The notes under the pieces: model-generated
What the model was told of the DNA's origin: nothing
Databases searched by the model: none
The model's input: the letters and a program-made list of their open reading frames with translations, nothing else
Assembly: GCA_963921275.4 (NCBI GenBank)
Contig: OZ001293.3
Span: 608,001-672,000, forward strand
Source: an uncultured Hormoscilla sp.
GTDB lineage: Bacteria; Cyanobacteriota; Cyanobacteriia; Cyanobacteriales; Desertifilaceae
Direction of reading: 5' to 3'
Length of the DNA stretch: 64,000 nucleotides
Made by a program: the position numbers and the translations under genes
Shown here: positions 1 to 10,656 of the stretch, piece after piece
Numbering within the stretch: position 1 is the stretch's first letter
How the letters are laid out: every line of letters starts with the position of its first letter

Positions 1-1007
1 AGTTGCGACCTATTAAAAAAAATATGAATTACCCACTTAGACTTTACAGATATTTGGGATATTTCGTAGCTTTTGATACAAAATTATATTTTTTTTGTGC
101 TAGACGGCGGGTTGGCTGTTTATAGGTTATAATGTACTAAAATAATAGTTAATTGCTGGGGGATGTAGATGATGGAAGATATGATTACAACAATTTTTGT
201 TCTTTGTGACGAGCTACTAAAAGCGTTAAATATAAAAGAAGATCCACAAGTAAAAATGAACAATGCCGAAGTGATGACAGTCGGATTAGTTGCTGCATAT
301 TTTTTCGGAGGACACCACGATCGCTCTTGTCAATTTATGGTCGAACACAAGTATATAAAAAATCTGTTAAGTAAAAGTAGGTTCAATCGTCGATTACACA
401 ATATTGACGACCAATTTGGATGTTTTTCTTCCAAGTTATAGCTCAAACATTTAAAGAGCTCAATCCGGGTCAAGAATATATTCTTGATAGTTTCCCGGTG
501 CCAGTATGTGATAATATTAGGATTGATAGATGCCAAATTTATAACAAGGAAGAATATCGAGGGTATATTGCCAGTAAAAAACGTTATTTTTATGGATTAA
601 GAGTTCATATGTTGGTAAACAAAAATGGAAAGCCAATAGAATTTTATCTAGATCCTGGTAGTTATAATGATGTTAAAGTTTTGCAATCTTTTGGCTTTGA
701 CTTACCATCAAATTCAATAGTTTATGGAGATAAAGCTTATAATGATTATCAATTAGAGGATTTACTAAAAGAGTCGTCAAGTATAATGTTAAAACCTTTG
801 CGAAAAAAGAACTCAAAAAGAAAAGAATCTTCTTGTTTTGAATATATACAAAAAGTAACAAGAAAACAAGTTGAAACCTGTTTTAGTCGAATCACCAATT
901 TGTTTCCCAAGTCAATTCATGCTGTTACATCTAAGGGATTAGAGTTGAAAATAATTCTCTTTATCATAGCTTTTTGTATCCAATTTTTATAGATCGCAAT
1001 TTGAGTT
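1..1007 (+). mobile_element. IS982-family insertion sequence (left end clipped by the window edge)
   Basis: Transposase ORFs 169-441 and 420-992. Imperfect inverted repeats AGTTGCGACCTAT (1-13) and ATAGATCGCAATT (989-1001). Confidence 0.8.
169..992 (+). pseudogene. IS982-family DDE transposase, frameshifted near 420
   Basis: Motifs SKSRFNRR, LDSFPVPVC, GYIASKKRYFYG, GDKAY, RKQVETCFS split over two frames. Confidence 0.85.
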
Positions 1008-1396
1008 AAAATTACGTTACTGTATTTGCCCATGATCTCTACGTACAGGTGCCAGAGGGCTGGTTCTCCCGGACGCTTGGCAAATTGTAGGTCTAAGGCC
1101 CTTTCCCAAGGGGCGACTGTTTCAATGGCCACCCAGGCCAGACCATGCAGTTGATGTCGGAGTTGGTCGCTAAAGGTAAAGGTATCGGGGATTTTCGGCG
1201 GTGGGTCGCCGATGCATATATGTGCGGCTTGGGGATGCCAGCAGATATTTAGCCAATTTCGGCCCCTCAGGGTACGCAATGCTAGGGCCAGATTGTGCCG
1301 ATCGCGCTGATAGACTTGTTCTAGTCTGGCGGGCAGCATGCGATCGCGCAGTTCAGCACAAGCAGCAGTTAGGGTAGTAAAGTCAACGGGTTGCAC
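1008..1396 (-). pseudogene. rqcH: NFACT/RqcH (FbpA-like) ribosome quality-control protein, N-terminus interrupted by IS982
   Basis: MQPVDFTTL...LYVEIMGKYSNVILT is the typical cyanobacterial NFACT-N. Similarity stops at the IS right end. Confidence 0.8.
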
Positions 1397-1479
1397 GGCG
1401 AGTCTTACCTAGAGGACAGCGTGAGAGGCCGTTTGTAGTGACGACTACAGTCTTTACCATTTGTAGGGAGCCCCGTAAA

Positions 1480-1801
1480 CCATTAGGTCAAGTTTAGTAT
1501 TATCAAACCCGATATTGACAACTTGAGTAATAACTCCATACCTGCTGCTGATAGTCACCAGCAGTCATAGTCCTGGTAGAAAAGGAACCATTGGAACCGC
1601 TAATGTTGACATTAACGCCCCCTAGTCCTTCGCCGCTGTCGTAGAAATTGTCGCGCGTCAGCATCTGCAAACACTACTCCCAACAACCAGGGTAGGCCGT
1701 TGTTTGAGCGCGAGCCAAAATTCTGGACGACCACCAGGGGACCGACGCTAGTATTGGAGTTATTTTCGGGTAGGACCGCAATACCCACCTCCCGGTAATT
1801 C
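1480..1801 (-). pseudogene. C-terminal fragment of a CAP (SCP)-domain secreted protein
   Basis: YREVGIAV...VVVQNFG...LLGVVFAD resembles the end of a CAP domain. Frameshifted, and bounded by an intron 3' end at 1802. Confidence 0.5.
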
Positions 1802-2579
1802 GTTAAACTAAGCCAGGGTGTTGCCACCCCGTCTCGTCTTCAGAACCGGACGATCTGCTTTTCACCTCATCCGGCTCCTCAGTAATGCCATCCCTGTCAT
1901 GGATACGGCGACTACCATCGCTGGCAGTTTTTTTTACATCGTAGCAGTTGTCGCCACGTTGTGCCGCTCTGTAAATTCTCAGAAGCAAAAGACTTTCCTT
2001 TCCAGCTTTCGCCAGGGGGGGTTGTCCTCCATTCATTCATTGGTTTGATTACCGTGCTCATAAGGTTTTTACTGCTACTTACAACTTCACATTTGACATT
2101 ACCGTGGTCGGCTTATCCTGTCCATTACAGATAGGCGTTTGCTTCTCCACGAAATCCTTCCTAATCATGACCTGCCTGATGAAGGCAGAGGTTGCGCCTT
2201 TGGTGGCTATCGACTCGATAGAGAGTACATGATCAGGTTACTTCGTTCCTACAGGTGATTAGTTGTAGCTAAGGATGGATTCCTTACGCCGGGTTTGTTG
2301 TCGGTGCTTACTGGTCGGTGAGCAGAACCGCCAGCGACCTGTATCCTTTCCCTTTTGGGCCGTCAGCCTTATTTCACTGGTTTTATGTTACGACGCTGCA
2401 AATCTTTGCTTTATGCTCATCATGGCTACTTGCTTGGCTTCGATGCCTTCGGGATGCAACGCAGGCAACCCCTCAGGTATCGGACCGGTGTAGGCTACCA
2501 GTCGCCTTTCATTCCCGCTTTACGGATTGATGCCATCGCTACCGTCGGGAATGTGCTGTCACTCCTACACCTGGAGGGA
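1802..2579 (-). mobile_element. Group IIB intron, 5'-truncated, IEP ORF internally deleted
   Basis: DV/DVI GAGCCGGATGAGGTGAAAAGC...GGCTTAGTTTAAC ends at 1802. 2050-2579 parallels the 5' RNA of the 4964-9167 intron. The residual ORF joins RIYRAAQRGD directly to CYDVKKTASDG. Confidence 0.85.
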
Positions 2580-4565
2580 TTGAATGTTCTCCGCTCATGC
2601 AATCGTGGAAATAACATCCCTACCGCAGAATAGCTGGTCATCCTAACCACCTTGCTAACTTCAAATGACACAGGGTAAACCCTACAGGGTCTTGAGGACA
2701 GGTCGAATCCTCAAGTAAGTATGAGGCAACAAAGACCGAACGGAGGGTAGAAGATGAGGCAGGAAGCGAACGCTGCTCTGTAATGGAGTGGATAAGGGTT
2801 CAAAATTTGCCCTTGACCGAAAGGAATAGCAGACTTGCCTTGGGTCTTATACGAGAGAGACAATTGACAAGGAAACTTAACGGAGTGATAAGTTAGGTGT
2901 CAAACAAATGTTTGATAAACGGAAGCAACGGACAACTACTGGAGCCAGATTAATTGGAAAAAAGCCGATAATATTGTTAATAATTTCCCTCAATAAATCC
3001 TGCCCGAAAACTTGGTCAAGCAAGTACGTAACCGGCAAAAACTGTTAATAAGAAGCCGAGCAAACCTATTGCTTAGTGTCAGAGAAATTACTCAAAAAAG
3101 GAAAGAGCACCCCAGCTATTGATAAGGAGGTGATAGAAACACCAGGGGATAGAGTCAAGCTTGCCAACAACTGGGAAATGCCGAAAGCCAATCCCACTAA
3201 GCGGGTCCATATCCCGAAAGCTAATGGCAAGAAACGTCCTCTCGGTATCCCAACCATGAAGGATAGAGTCGCACAAGCTATAGTCAAAAACTCATTAGAA
3301 CCCGAATGGGAAGCAGTGTTTGAAGCCCACTCATACGGATTTCGGCCAGGCCGCTCGTGCCACGATGCCATCGAGCAATGTTTCATTAGATTGAGTAAAG
3401 GCAGAGACACTTGGGTTCTAGACGCTGATATTAAAGGATTCTTCGACAACATAGCCCATGAAGCCATTATCAAGAAAATTGGCTCGTTTCCATATAGCGA
3501 CTCAATCAAGAGATGGTTAAAATCTGGATTTATCGACAAGGGTAGTTATAGCCCAACTGAGACAGGCACTCCTCAAGGTGCTGTAATAAGTCCTTTACTA
3601 GCCAATATCGGACTGCACGGGTTAGAAGAATTTATCAAACAAGTTAACCCCTCGCTAGGCATCATCCGGTATGCTGACGATTTTGTCGTCACATCCAAGG
3701 ACAAAGAATCCTTAGAAACAGTGCTGATCCAGCTAAAGCAATGGATGTCTGAAAGAGGACTGGAAATCAGTACGGAGAAAAGCAAAATAGTTCACAGAAA
3801 TGAGGGGTTTGACTTCCTGAGCTTCAACCTCCGCCATTACGGCGGTAAACTTTTAACCAAACCTCAAAAGTCCAAAGTCCTTGACTTTTGAAAAAAGATA
3901 AGTGACGAAGTTAAGGAAAAAGTTGATTGGGCTCAAGAAGCTATAATAAACGAATCCAATTCTCCGAGGTTTTGCTAACTCCTAGTGGGGTAAGCAAAGA
4001 AGCCTTCAGCTACATCTAGTATCGATTGTGGCATCTTCCGTTGGGCTTTACGTCGGCATCCCAACAAATCAAAAACATGGGTCCTTAATCGTTACTTTGG
4101 AAAATGTAAGGGACGTAGCTATAACTTCGTAACTGATATAAAGGGTCGGAAAAAATTCCGGGATCTCTATGATATCAGTAGTAGGTCAGGCACATCAAAG
4201 TTAAAGGGACCGCAATGACGACCCAGCACTCCAAGAATACTGGTTCAAACGCAATAAACGGGCCAAATTACTGGGCAAAAGGCTCAAAATATGAAAGGGT
4301 TGCCCAAGAACTGGAATTGTCCCATTGGCAATGAACCTCTATTCAACGGAGAAAAGATTGAGACTCACCACATAGTACCTGTAAAGCAAGGTGGTTCGGA
4401 CGACACTGAAAACCTTGTCCATTTACACGCAGCGTGTCACAAACAGGTACATTCAAAATTCAAGAAAGAAAGGCTTGAAGTAAGGTCTTAGCCGTATGAG
4501 GGGATAACTCTCATGTACGGTTAGTCGGGGAGGGGAGAGAGGTGACTCTCAAACCTTACCCTCTA
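2580..4565 (+). mobile_element. Group II intron with degraded RT/HNH ORF, 5' end missing
   Basis: RT ORF followed by DV AGCCGTATGAGGGGATAACTCTCATGTACGGTT (4490) and a DVI ending near 4565. Confidence 0.85.
2908..4491 (+). pseudogene. ltrA: Group II intron reverse transcriptase/maturase with HNH domain, multiple stops and frameshifts
   Basis: KRPLGIPT, SYGFRPGRSCHDAI, GTPQG, RYADDF (3076-3891). HNH motif THHIVP...NLVHLHAACHKQVH (4291-4491). Confidence 0.9.
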
Positions 4566-4624
4566 AAGTCTCACGTCCGGTTCTGGAGACGAGTCGCCTC
4601 CTCGACTCCCTGGCTTAGTTTAAT
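4566..4624 (+). mobile_element. 3' half of DV plus DVI of another group II intron (host of the 2580-4565 intron)
   Basis: AAGTCTCACGTCCGGTTCTGGAGACGAG...GGCTTAGTTTAAT matches the 3' ends at 1802 and 4964. Confidence 0.75.
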
Positions 4625-4940
4625 CATAGCTTACTGTTACTACACGACCTGATATCGTGTTAATAATTACAGTAATATTATTGATGGCATCGTGATTGTT
4701 GTGCCAGGAACTTTTCCAGACATCGACGTACCCTAATTGCATTTTCAACGACCGACGGCTTTAAACCCCTTCTTTGCATTTATCCAAAGCATGACCCGAA
4801 TACTCGCGACCTGCAATTATTTTCGATGTATTTGTTTCGGATACTACTTTTAGAGGTGCCTCCTTTCTCCCAACTGGTTTCGATGCTGGTGTTGCATTAG
4901 ATAAATCATTCAATCTTTCTATCGCCTTTGCTCTCTGATC
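4625..4940 (-). pseudogene. Polymorphic toxin tip remnant (DUF4258/BECR-like RNase), frameshifted
   Basis: Manual translation across frameshifts: KPVGRK...IIAGREYSGHALD/MQRRGLKPSVVENAI...NNITVIINTISGRVVTVSY. Confidence 0.6.
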
Positions 4941-4969
4941 TACTCCTGTCAGTTATATTAGATATTAAA

Positions 4970-7618
4970 CTAAGCCAGAGGGTCACCCCTCCGACTCGTC
5001 TCCAAAACCGGACTTGATACTTTCGCATCATCCGGCTCCTCAGTAACGCCACCCTTGTCATGGGTACGGCTGTGACTACCATCGCTGGCAGTCTTTATAT
5101 CGTGGCAATGTTTGTGTAGTAACTGTAGGTTGTCGTACTGGTTTTTACCCCCTAATGAGAGGGGCTTGATATGGTCAACTTCCCACTTGTCACCATCCAT
5201 AAACGTTAATCCGCATTGTTGGCACTTTCCCTTTTGTCTCTTGAGTAGCGTTGCTACCCTCTTATTTAGCTCGGGGCTTTTGCCTAATCTCGTACTCCAA
5301 TATGTAAGGTTCCCGTCATATGGGCTTGCTGTACCTTTCACTTTTATGTGCCTGATTATCTCAGTTTCGGAGTATCTGTACAGCGTTATTTTTTCCTCTC
5401 CTATTTGGCACCGGAATCGCCATTTACCGTCCTCACTCAGGGACCAGTACTTACGAGCTATCCAATGACTGGATTTATTGGGATGTCTCCTTTTTGCCCA
5501 CTGCCAGAGAATGGTCCATAGGTAGTGGTCCATGTAGCTGTATGTTTCTTTACTTACCACTGTCCTATAATAGTTTGACCATCCCCGTATTATCGGGTTT
5601 AGCTTACTTATTAAGGCTGCTTGTGGTGCTGCTTTATGGCTGGCCACCATTTCTGATAGCCGTTCTTTATGCTTCCCTATGGACTTATTACTGGGTTTGA
5701 TTAGGGTTTTGAATCCTAGGGGTGTTCCGTTGGTTGACTTGCCGGTTCTGTATTTACCTATCTCATATTGCCTTACTTTGAAACCCAGGAAGTCAAACCC
5801 CGGGCTTTCTCCTTTTAGCGTATGAGCTATTTTTGTCTTCTCGGCTTTCAATTCTAGCCCTATTCCCTTTAGCCATTCTGCCACCACTATCTGCGCTCTG
5901 TCTATCATTCCCCTATCTTCATGCATTACCACAAAGTCATCAGCATACCTGACTACTGTCAGCTTTTGCTTTTCTTTTTGTGTCCTGGCGAGTTCCTTTA
6001 CTGCCTCCTCTAGTCCATGTAGGGCTATGTTGGCTAGTAGTGGTGATATGACTCCCCCTTGGGGTGTTCCCGCTTCGGTTGCATGCCATTCTCCTTTGTC
6101 TATCACCCCGGCTTTTAACCATGCCCGTATCTGCTTACGGATTGGTGACGTTGTATTTAATTTTTTTATTAGCGCTTTGTGGTCAATCTTATTGAAACAT
6201 TTTGCAATATCGGCATCCAATACCCACTTGGGTTTATATCTGATGCTGTTAAATATTGCCTTGATTGCATCGTGGCATCCCCGACCCGGTCTGAATCCAT
6301 AGGAGTTCCCTTCCATGTACGCTTCCCATTCGGGTTCGAGCGCAATCTTGAGGAGTCTGTGCGATTCGTTCTAGCCTAACGTGGTCAAACACGGAACGCT
6401 AGCCCGGTTTCATTAGCCGGGAACTCTGACCGCATGGGGGTTAAATTCCCCTCCCCCCAGGTACGGGGGTGACACCGGTCCTCGGTGCTACGAAGCGACA
6501 TCATCGTGGTGCTAAGCGAGGACTCAAATGTAGGATAACTGGCAGCCTAAGCCGGTGACGCCGCTAGGAAAGATATCCAAGGTTAGAGCAGGCAAACATG
6601 TGCAAGCCTCGTTATAAGGAACCAGCGAAATAAGGCTATATGCGCTGGCCTAAAAAGGAAATGGTAGCTAGTATTAGTTTTAGACTCTGGCTAATATAGT
6701 ACTCAAATAGCTCCCGGGGTATAGTGTGGACCTAAAGGTATCGCGAAATGTTGTTAGGGAACGAAGTAACCTCTCGTGTGCTGTCCATCAGGACAAGTTA
6801 GATGTTAAGCGCAAGCCACGGGGGGAGGGATGGCCCAAGAAGCGAATGCCCGGGGTAATTCCTGGGATAACATCTACAGTAATGTAGATGATGCTGGGTA
6901 GCCAGCGCTGACGTGGGTCGGTGATACTAGGAAGCTGCTGGAATGAGTAATCCTAAAAAGCCACGGAACTAATCCGAAACGCAAGTGGAGGATAAGGTAT
7001 GGATAACTGGTAAAACTGACTTGAAAATGGTGATACTAACGGTTATCAGAACAACCACTCGCTAAACCAGGAAAGGGAAGAAAAGACAGGCGGCAAGGGC
7101 TAACGGAAGTAATTCCTATTAAGTCTACCTATGAAAAGGGCCTAGTACCCAGTAGCCGGATGCGGTGAAAATCGCAAGTCCGGTTCCTCAAGGGAGGGTC
7201 GGGAAGCGATTCCCGGCTCGACCCCATCCCTGTGTCGCACGGTCGTACATCGTTGGTATTCCTAAAGGACGCTTCTCCTCTCTCCCCGGCTTTGGTATCC
7301 ATACACGACGTGTAGGTTTGGCCTTGTTTGAGATTTCAATCCGTCCTACCAGTTCTGAGCGTTGCTTTGGGGTCAGTGCTTTTACACTGTCCACTCCCGC
7401 CGTCTTCTTTCCCTGGTTGTCTTGAGTTACCTGTCGTACCGCTAGACTTTTGGCAGCCCGGGATTTTACCAGTAACCTTTGGAGTCTGCGAACTGGTCGC
7501 TTATTACGCCTTCCATTGCCGCTCTGTAAATTCGCTTTTGCAACTTAAAGACTACCCGCTCCAGCCGAGGCCAGGGGGTATCCTTTCATTCATTCATCGA
7601 TTCGGAAATCGTGCTCAT
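4970..7618 (-). pseudogene. ltrA: Group II intron RT-X-D-HNH protein, split by an antisense intron, with an early nonsense codon and a frameshift
   Basis: Removing 6359-7229 restores ...MYDRATQ|RLLKIALEPEWEAYMEGNSYGFRP. YADD and HNH (VDHIKP...HKHCH) are present. Confidence 0.92.
6359..7229 (+). mobile_element. ORF-less group IIB intron (871 nt), copy 1
   Basis: GTGCGATTCG start, DV AGCCGGATGCGGTGAAAATCGCAAGTCCGGTT, end CTCGACCCCATCC. Same sequence at 40340-41210. Confidence 0.92.
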
Positions 7619-7670
7619 GACCTGTGTATTGCTACTTACAACTTTACAATTAACGTTACCGTGAGGGCGT

Positions 7671-8613
7671 GGTCGGGGTCGAGCTGGGAATCACTTCCCA
7701 ACCCTCCAAGAGCGAAACCGGACTTGCGACTTTCACCGCTGGGGCTTGTCCTTAGGCATATCATCATCAATAATTAGGTCACCCCGTTTCCCCTTACCCT
7801 CTGTAATTTTACCCCTTATGGTCAATCCTATTGGACCGTTAATGATTTCAGCTCCGGAAGGTTCGCGGAGGGTAGTTCAGCAAACCGGTCTAACCGCTCT
7901 TTACTAACATTTCCCCATTCCTGATTTATCGGGGCTCTGAACTTTACCCGGCTGAGACTCTAGTCCATATTCATACTTTTGGATTTCTCCTAAGTTTTGC
8001 GACATATTAGGGCTACTTTCACCAAAGGCTTCTTACCATATCCGTCCGACGTCAGCTTATCCACGGGCATTACCCCGGGCATTTGCTTCTTAGGACATCC
8101 TTCCCCTCGTGGCTTGCGCTATGCGCTCCGCGCACGCTACGCGGACGTACATCTAACTGGTTCGGCCCCGTTGAGCCGAACTGCACACAAGAGGTTACTT
8201 CGTTCCCTGGTATCATTTCTCGATGCTTTTAGGTTCCTGCTATACCCCGGGAGTTCTTCGAGTGCGATGCTAGTAAGTACAGATTACCAACACTAACTAC
8301 CATTTCCCTTTTGGGCCAGCGTATCAGCCTTATTCCGCTGGTTATAGGTGACGAGGCTTACACAGGTTCGCTTGTTCTAACCATGAACATCTAACAAGCG
8401 CGGTGTTGCTAGCTTAGGCTGCCAGCTACCCTACATTTAAGTCCTAGCGGAGCACCACGGCGATGTGACTCCGCAGCACTAAGGACCGGTAGTACCCTCG
8501 ACCCCCCACACCTGAAGAGAGGGAATTTAACCCCCATGATAACCAGAGTTGTCTAGCAAATGAAACCAGACCAGACTTTCACCGTCACCGGTTTACGCCT
8601 GAACGAATCGCAC
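7671..8613 (-). mobile_element. ORF-less group IIB intron with damaged DV, nested in the outer intron RNA
   Basis: 5' GTGCGATTCG at 8613 and 3' CTCGACCCCGACC. The 5' strand of DV is replaced near 7740. Confidence 0.85.
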
Positions 8614-9259
8614 CTGCATATCCTATCCATTACAGACAGGCGTTGGCTTCTCCTCGAAATCTTTCCCAGATACAACCTGCCTTCCGGAGAGCAGATGTTG
8701 CGCCTGTGGTGGCTACTCAACCTATTGACCGGTGGTTGAGAGTATGTACCTGGTTTACTTCGTTCCTCTAGATGATTGGTCGTAGTTTTAGGTGGACTCT
8801 ATATGCCGGGTTTGTTGTCAGTGCTTATTGGTCGAATTACAACCGCCAATGACCTGTATCCTTTCCCTTTTGGGCCAGCGTATCAGCCTTTTCGCTGGTT
8901 TGGTATAACGACACTTATGAGCCTTTGCTTTTGCTCACCATGACTACTTGCTTGACGGTAACCGGTTTAAGCTGCCAGTTATTGCGCCTTTCTCTCCCGC
9001 TTTACGGATTGATGCCATCGCTACCGTCGGAAGAGTGCTGTCACTCCTGCACCTGGAGGGGTGGGCTTTCACCACCATCATCTAAAAGTTGTCAGGGCTA
9101 ATGGAACCCTGCTAGTGGTCCCTTTTTTTGACATGTGTCAAGTCATTTTACAATAAACGAATCGCACTATAACAGATATAATCATAGATGTCAAGCGAGC
9201 CGACGATCGCATCTTATGTTCCCGATCTCTAACAAGCAACAACTAACAACCAATAACTG

Positions 9260-9459
9260 AGTCCCCCCGTCAGTTCGTAGTCATAGCGACCCGAAGATAG
9301 GAAACGCATACCTCCTTGCAGCGCCGCATGCGCCAGTCCGCCATTCCGGGCAGGGACCATAGGTTTCCCGGCAAACACCGTGCCACCGTCAAAAATGCGA
9401 TTCAACTCATTCCACCCCATCTGTCTGACCAATCCCACTCCCGTTATAAAACTTAACAT
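9260..9459 (-). pseudogene. Collapsed remnant of a second giant Rhs gene (N-terminus fused to an internal segment)
   Basis: Similar to 36784-36887 and then to 39632-39730, joined at TGGT. Confidence 0.75.
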
Positions 9460-9518
9460 CTTGTAATTTATCGCAACAAAATTAAAATCTACTTAAGAAA
9501 CAGGGATCTCCCATGGGA

Positions 9519-10104
9519 GAGGAACGAAGTAACCCCCGTGGTGCTGTCCTCATTTGGACAAGTCAGATGTGCGTCCGCGTAGCGTGCGCGCAGCGCATAG
9601 CGCATGCCCATGAGGGGAGAGATGGCCCGAGAGGCTAATGCCTAGGCGGTGTCTGGAGCATGCCTTGGTGTCTGGAGCACACCGAGTCCTTCAGGACAAG
9701 AGTGTGCGGAAGACGCCAAAGTCCTTCAGGACAAGAGCATGCGGAAGACGCCGGTAATGCCTATGGATACGCAGACGCGGGTCGGTGATACTAGTAAACT
9801 ATTGGTACAAGTAGCTCTAAAATGTCATAAGCCCATTTACAGCGTTAGCGAAAGCGAGTTGAGGATTGAGGAATGTTTAACTGGTAAAACGGAGTGTTAA
9901 ATGGTGATACTAAAGGTTATCCGGCAGCTCCACTCACCAACCAGGAAAGGGGCGGACGTGCAAGTAGTAAGGGACAATGGGAGTAATCCCTAGTAATCCT
10001 ACCCGTGAAAGGGGCCCTAGTATCCAGTAGCCGTGTGCGGTGAAAGTCGCATGCACGGTTCCGAAAGGGAGGGTTGTCCCGCGAGGGACAGCTCGACCCC
10101 GACT
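9519..10104 (+). mobile_element. 5'-truncated ORF-less group IIB intron
   Basis: GGAACGAAGTAACC core, DV AGCCGTGTGCGGTGAAAGTCGCATGCACGGTT, end CTCGACCCCGACT. Confidence 0.85.
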
Positions 10105-10256
10105 TGCATTTAGCCTGTGCGGAAAAGATAAGGGTTGGTTATTTTATTACTTGTGACGATCACATGATTAAAAGGTATCGGGGATATCTGATTGTCATAA
10201 ATCCTACTACATTTGCTAATGATGCTATTAACACAGGAGGCGAAAATGACAAGTAA
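10104..10256 (+). pseudogene. C-terminal part of a PIN-domain toxin, truncated at the intron
   Basis: LHLACAE...YFITCDD...VINP PIN motifs begin at the intron 3' end. Confidence 0.65.
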
Positions 10257-10458
10257 ATTGGTTGTTCCGAAAATGGAGTATATTAGGATTGAAGGCATGA
10301 AAGCAATTATCGATCGATTGGTAATTGCTCAAGCGGCTTTCTTTTTCCGTGCTAATCTTTCCCAAGAGGTGGATTATTTACAAGTAAAAGAGGAGATGTT
10401 TGGCGATAAATCTGCTAGGGAACTTTATGAGGAAATTAAAAACCATAGTTCGGTGTAA
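10246..10458 (+). CDS. Small putative antitoxin partner of the PIN gene
   Basis: About 70 aa, overlaps the PIN stop, RBS AGGAGG upstream. Confidence 0.55.
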   Translation: MTSKLVVPKMEYIRIEGMKAIIDRLVIAQAAFFFRANLSQEVDYLQVKEEMFGDKSARELYEEIKNHSSV

Positions 10459-10609
10459 TATAGCGTTTCTCAAATTAATGTGGTACGGAATCATCGCCTA
10501 CTTGTCATTGCGAGGGGGGGAGTAAGGCGAGTAACTTATGCGAGGAGTGAGTTACCCCCCCCCGAAGCAATCTCCGACAGCATATCACACTAATATGAGA
10601 ACTGCTATA
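10459..10609. mobile_element. MITE with TATAGC ends carrying a GTCATTGCGAG...GAAGCAATCTC palindrome
   Basis: Imperfect ~27-bp inverted repeats TATAGCGTTTCTCAAATTAATGTGGTA / TATCACACTAATATGAGAACTGCTATA. Confidence 0.55.
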
Positions 10610-10656
10610 GCAGCTTTTATTTGTGAGAGATCGCCCGTTATCGCCGCTGCACGCGA

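Larger units (their letters stand above)
4964..9167 (-). mobile_element. Full-length group IIB intron containing two nested introns
   Basis: 5' GTGCGATTCG at 9167 and 3' GGCTTAGTTTAAT at 4964. EBS1 loop TGTAAT pairs with the upstream exon GTTATA. Confidence 0.9.

Noticed and set aside
2908..7618. RT genes as a DGR or retron acting on Rhs tips
   Set aside because: Both RTs have X and HNH domains and flanking DV/DVI typical of group II introns. Differences among toxin paralogs are not adenine-specific, and no TR/VR pair was seen.
7328..9900. Short ORFs within intron RNA (7328-7777, 7997-8296, 9649-9900) and 32239-33204
   Set aside because: They lie in, or antisense to, conserved ribozyme or RT sequence and show no protein motifs.
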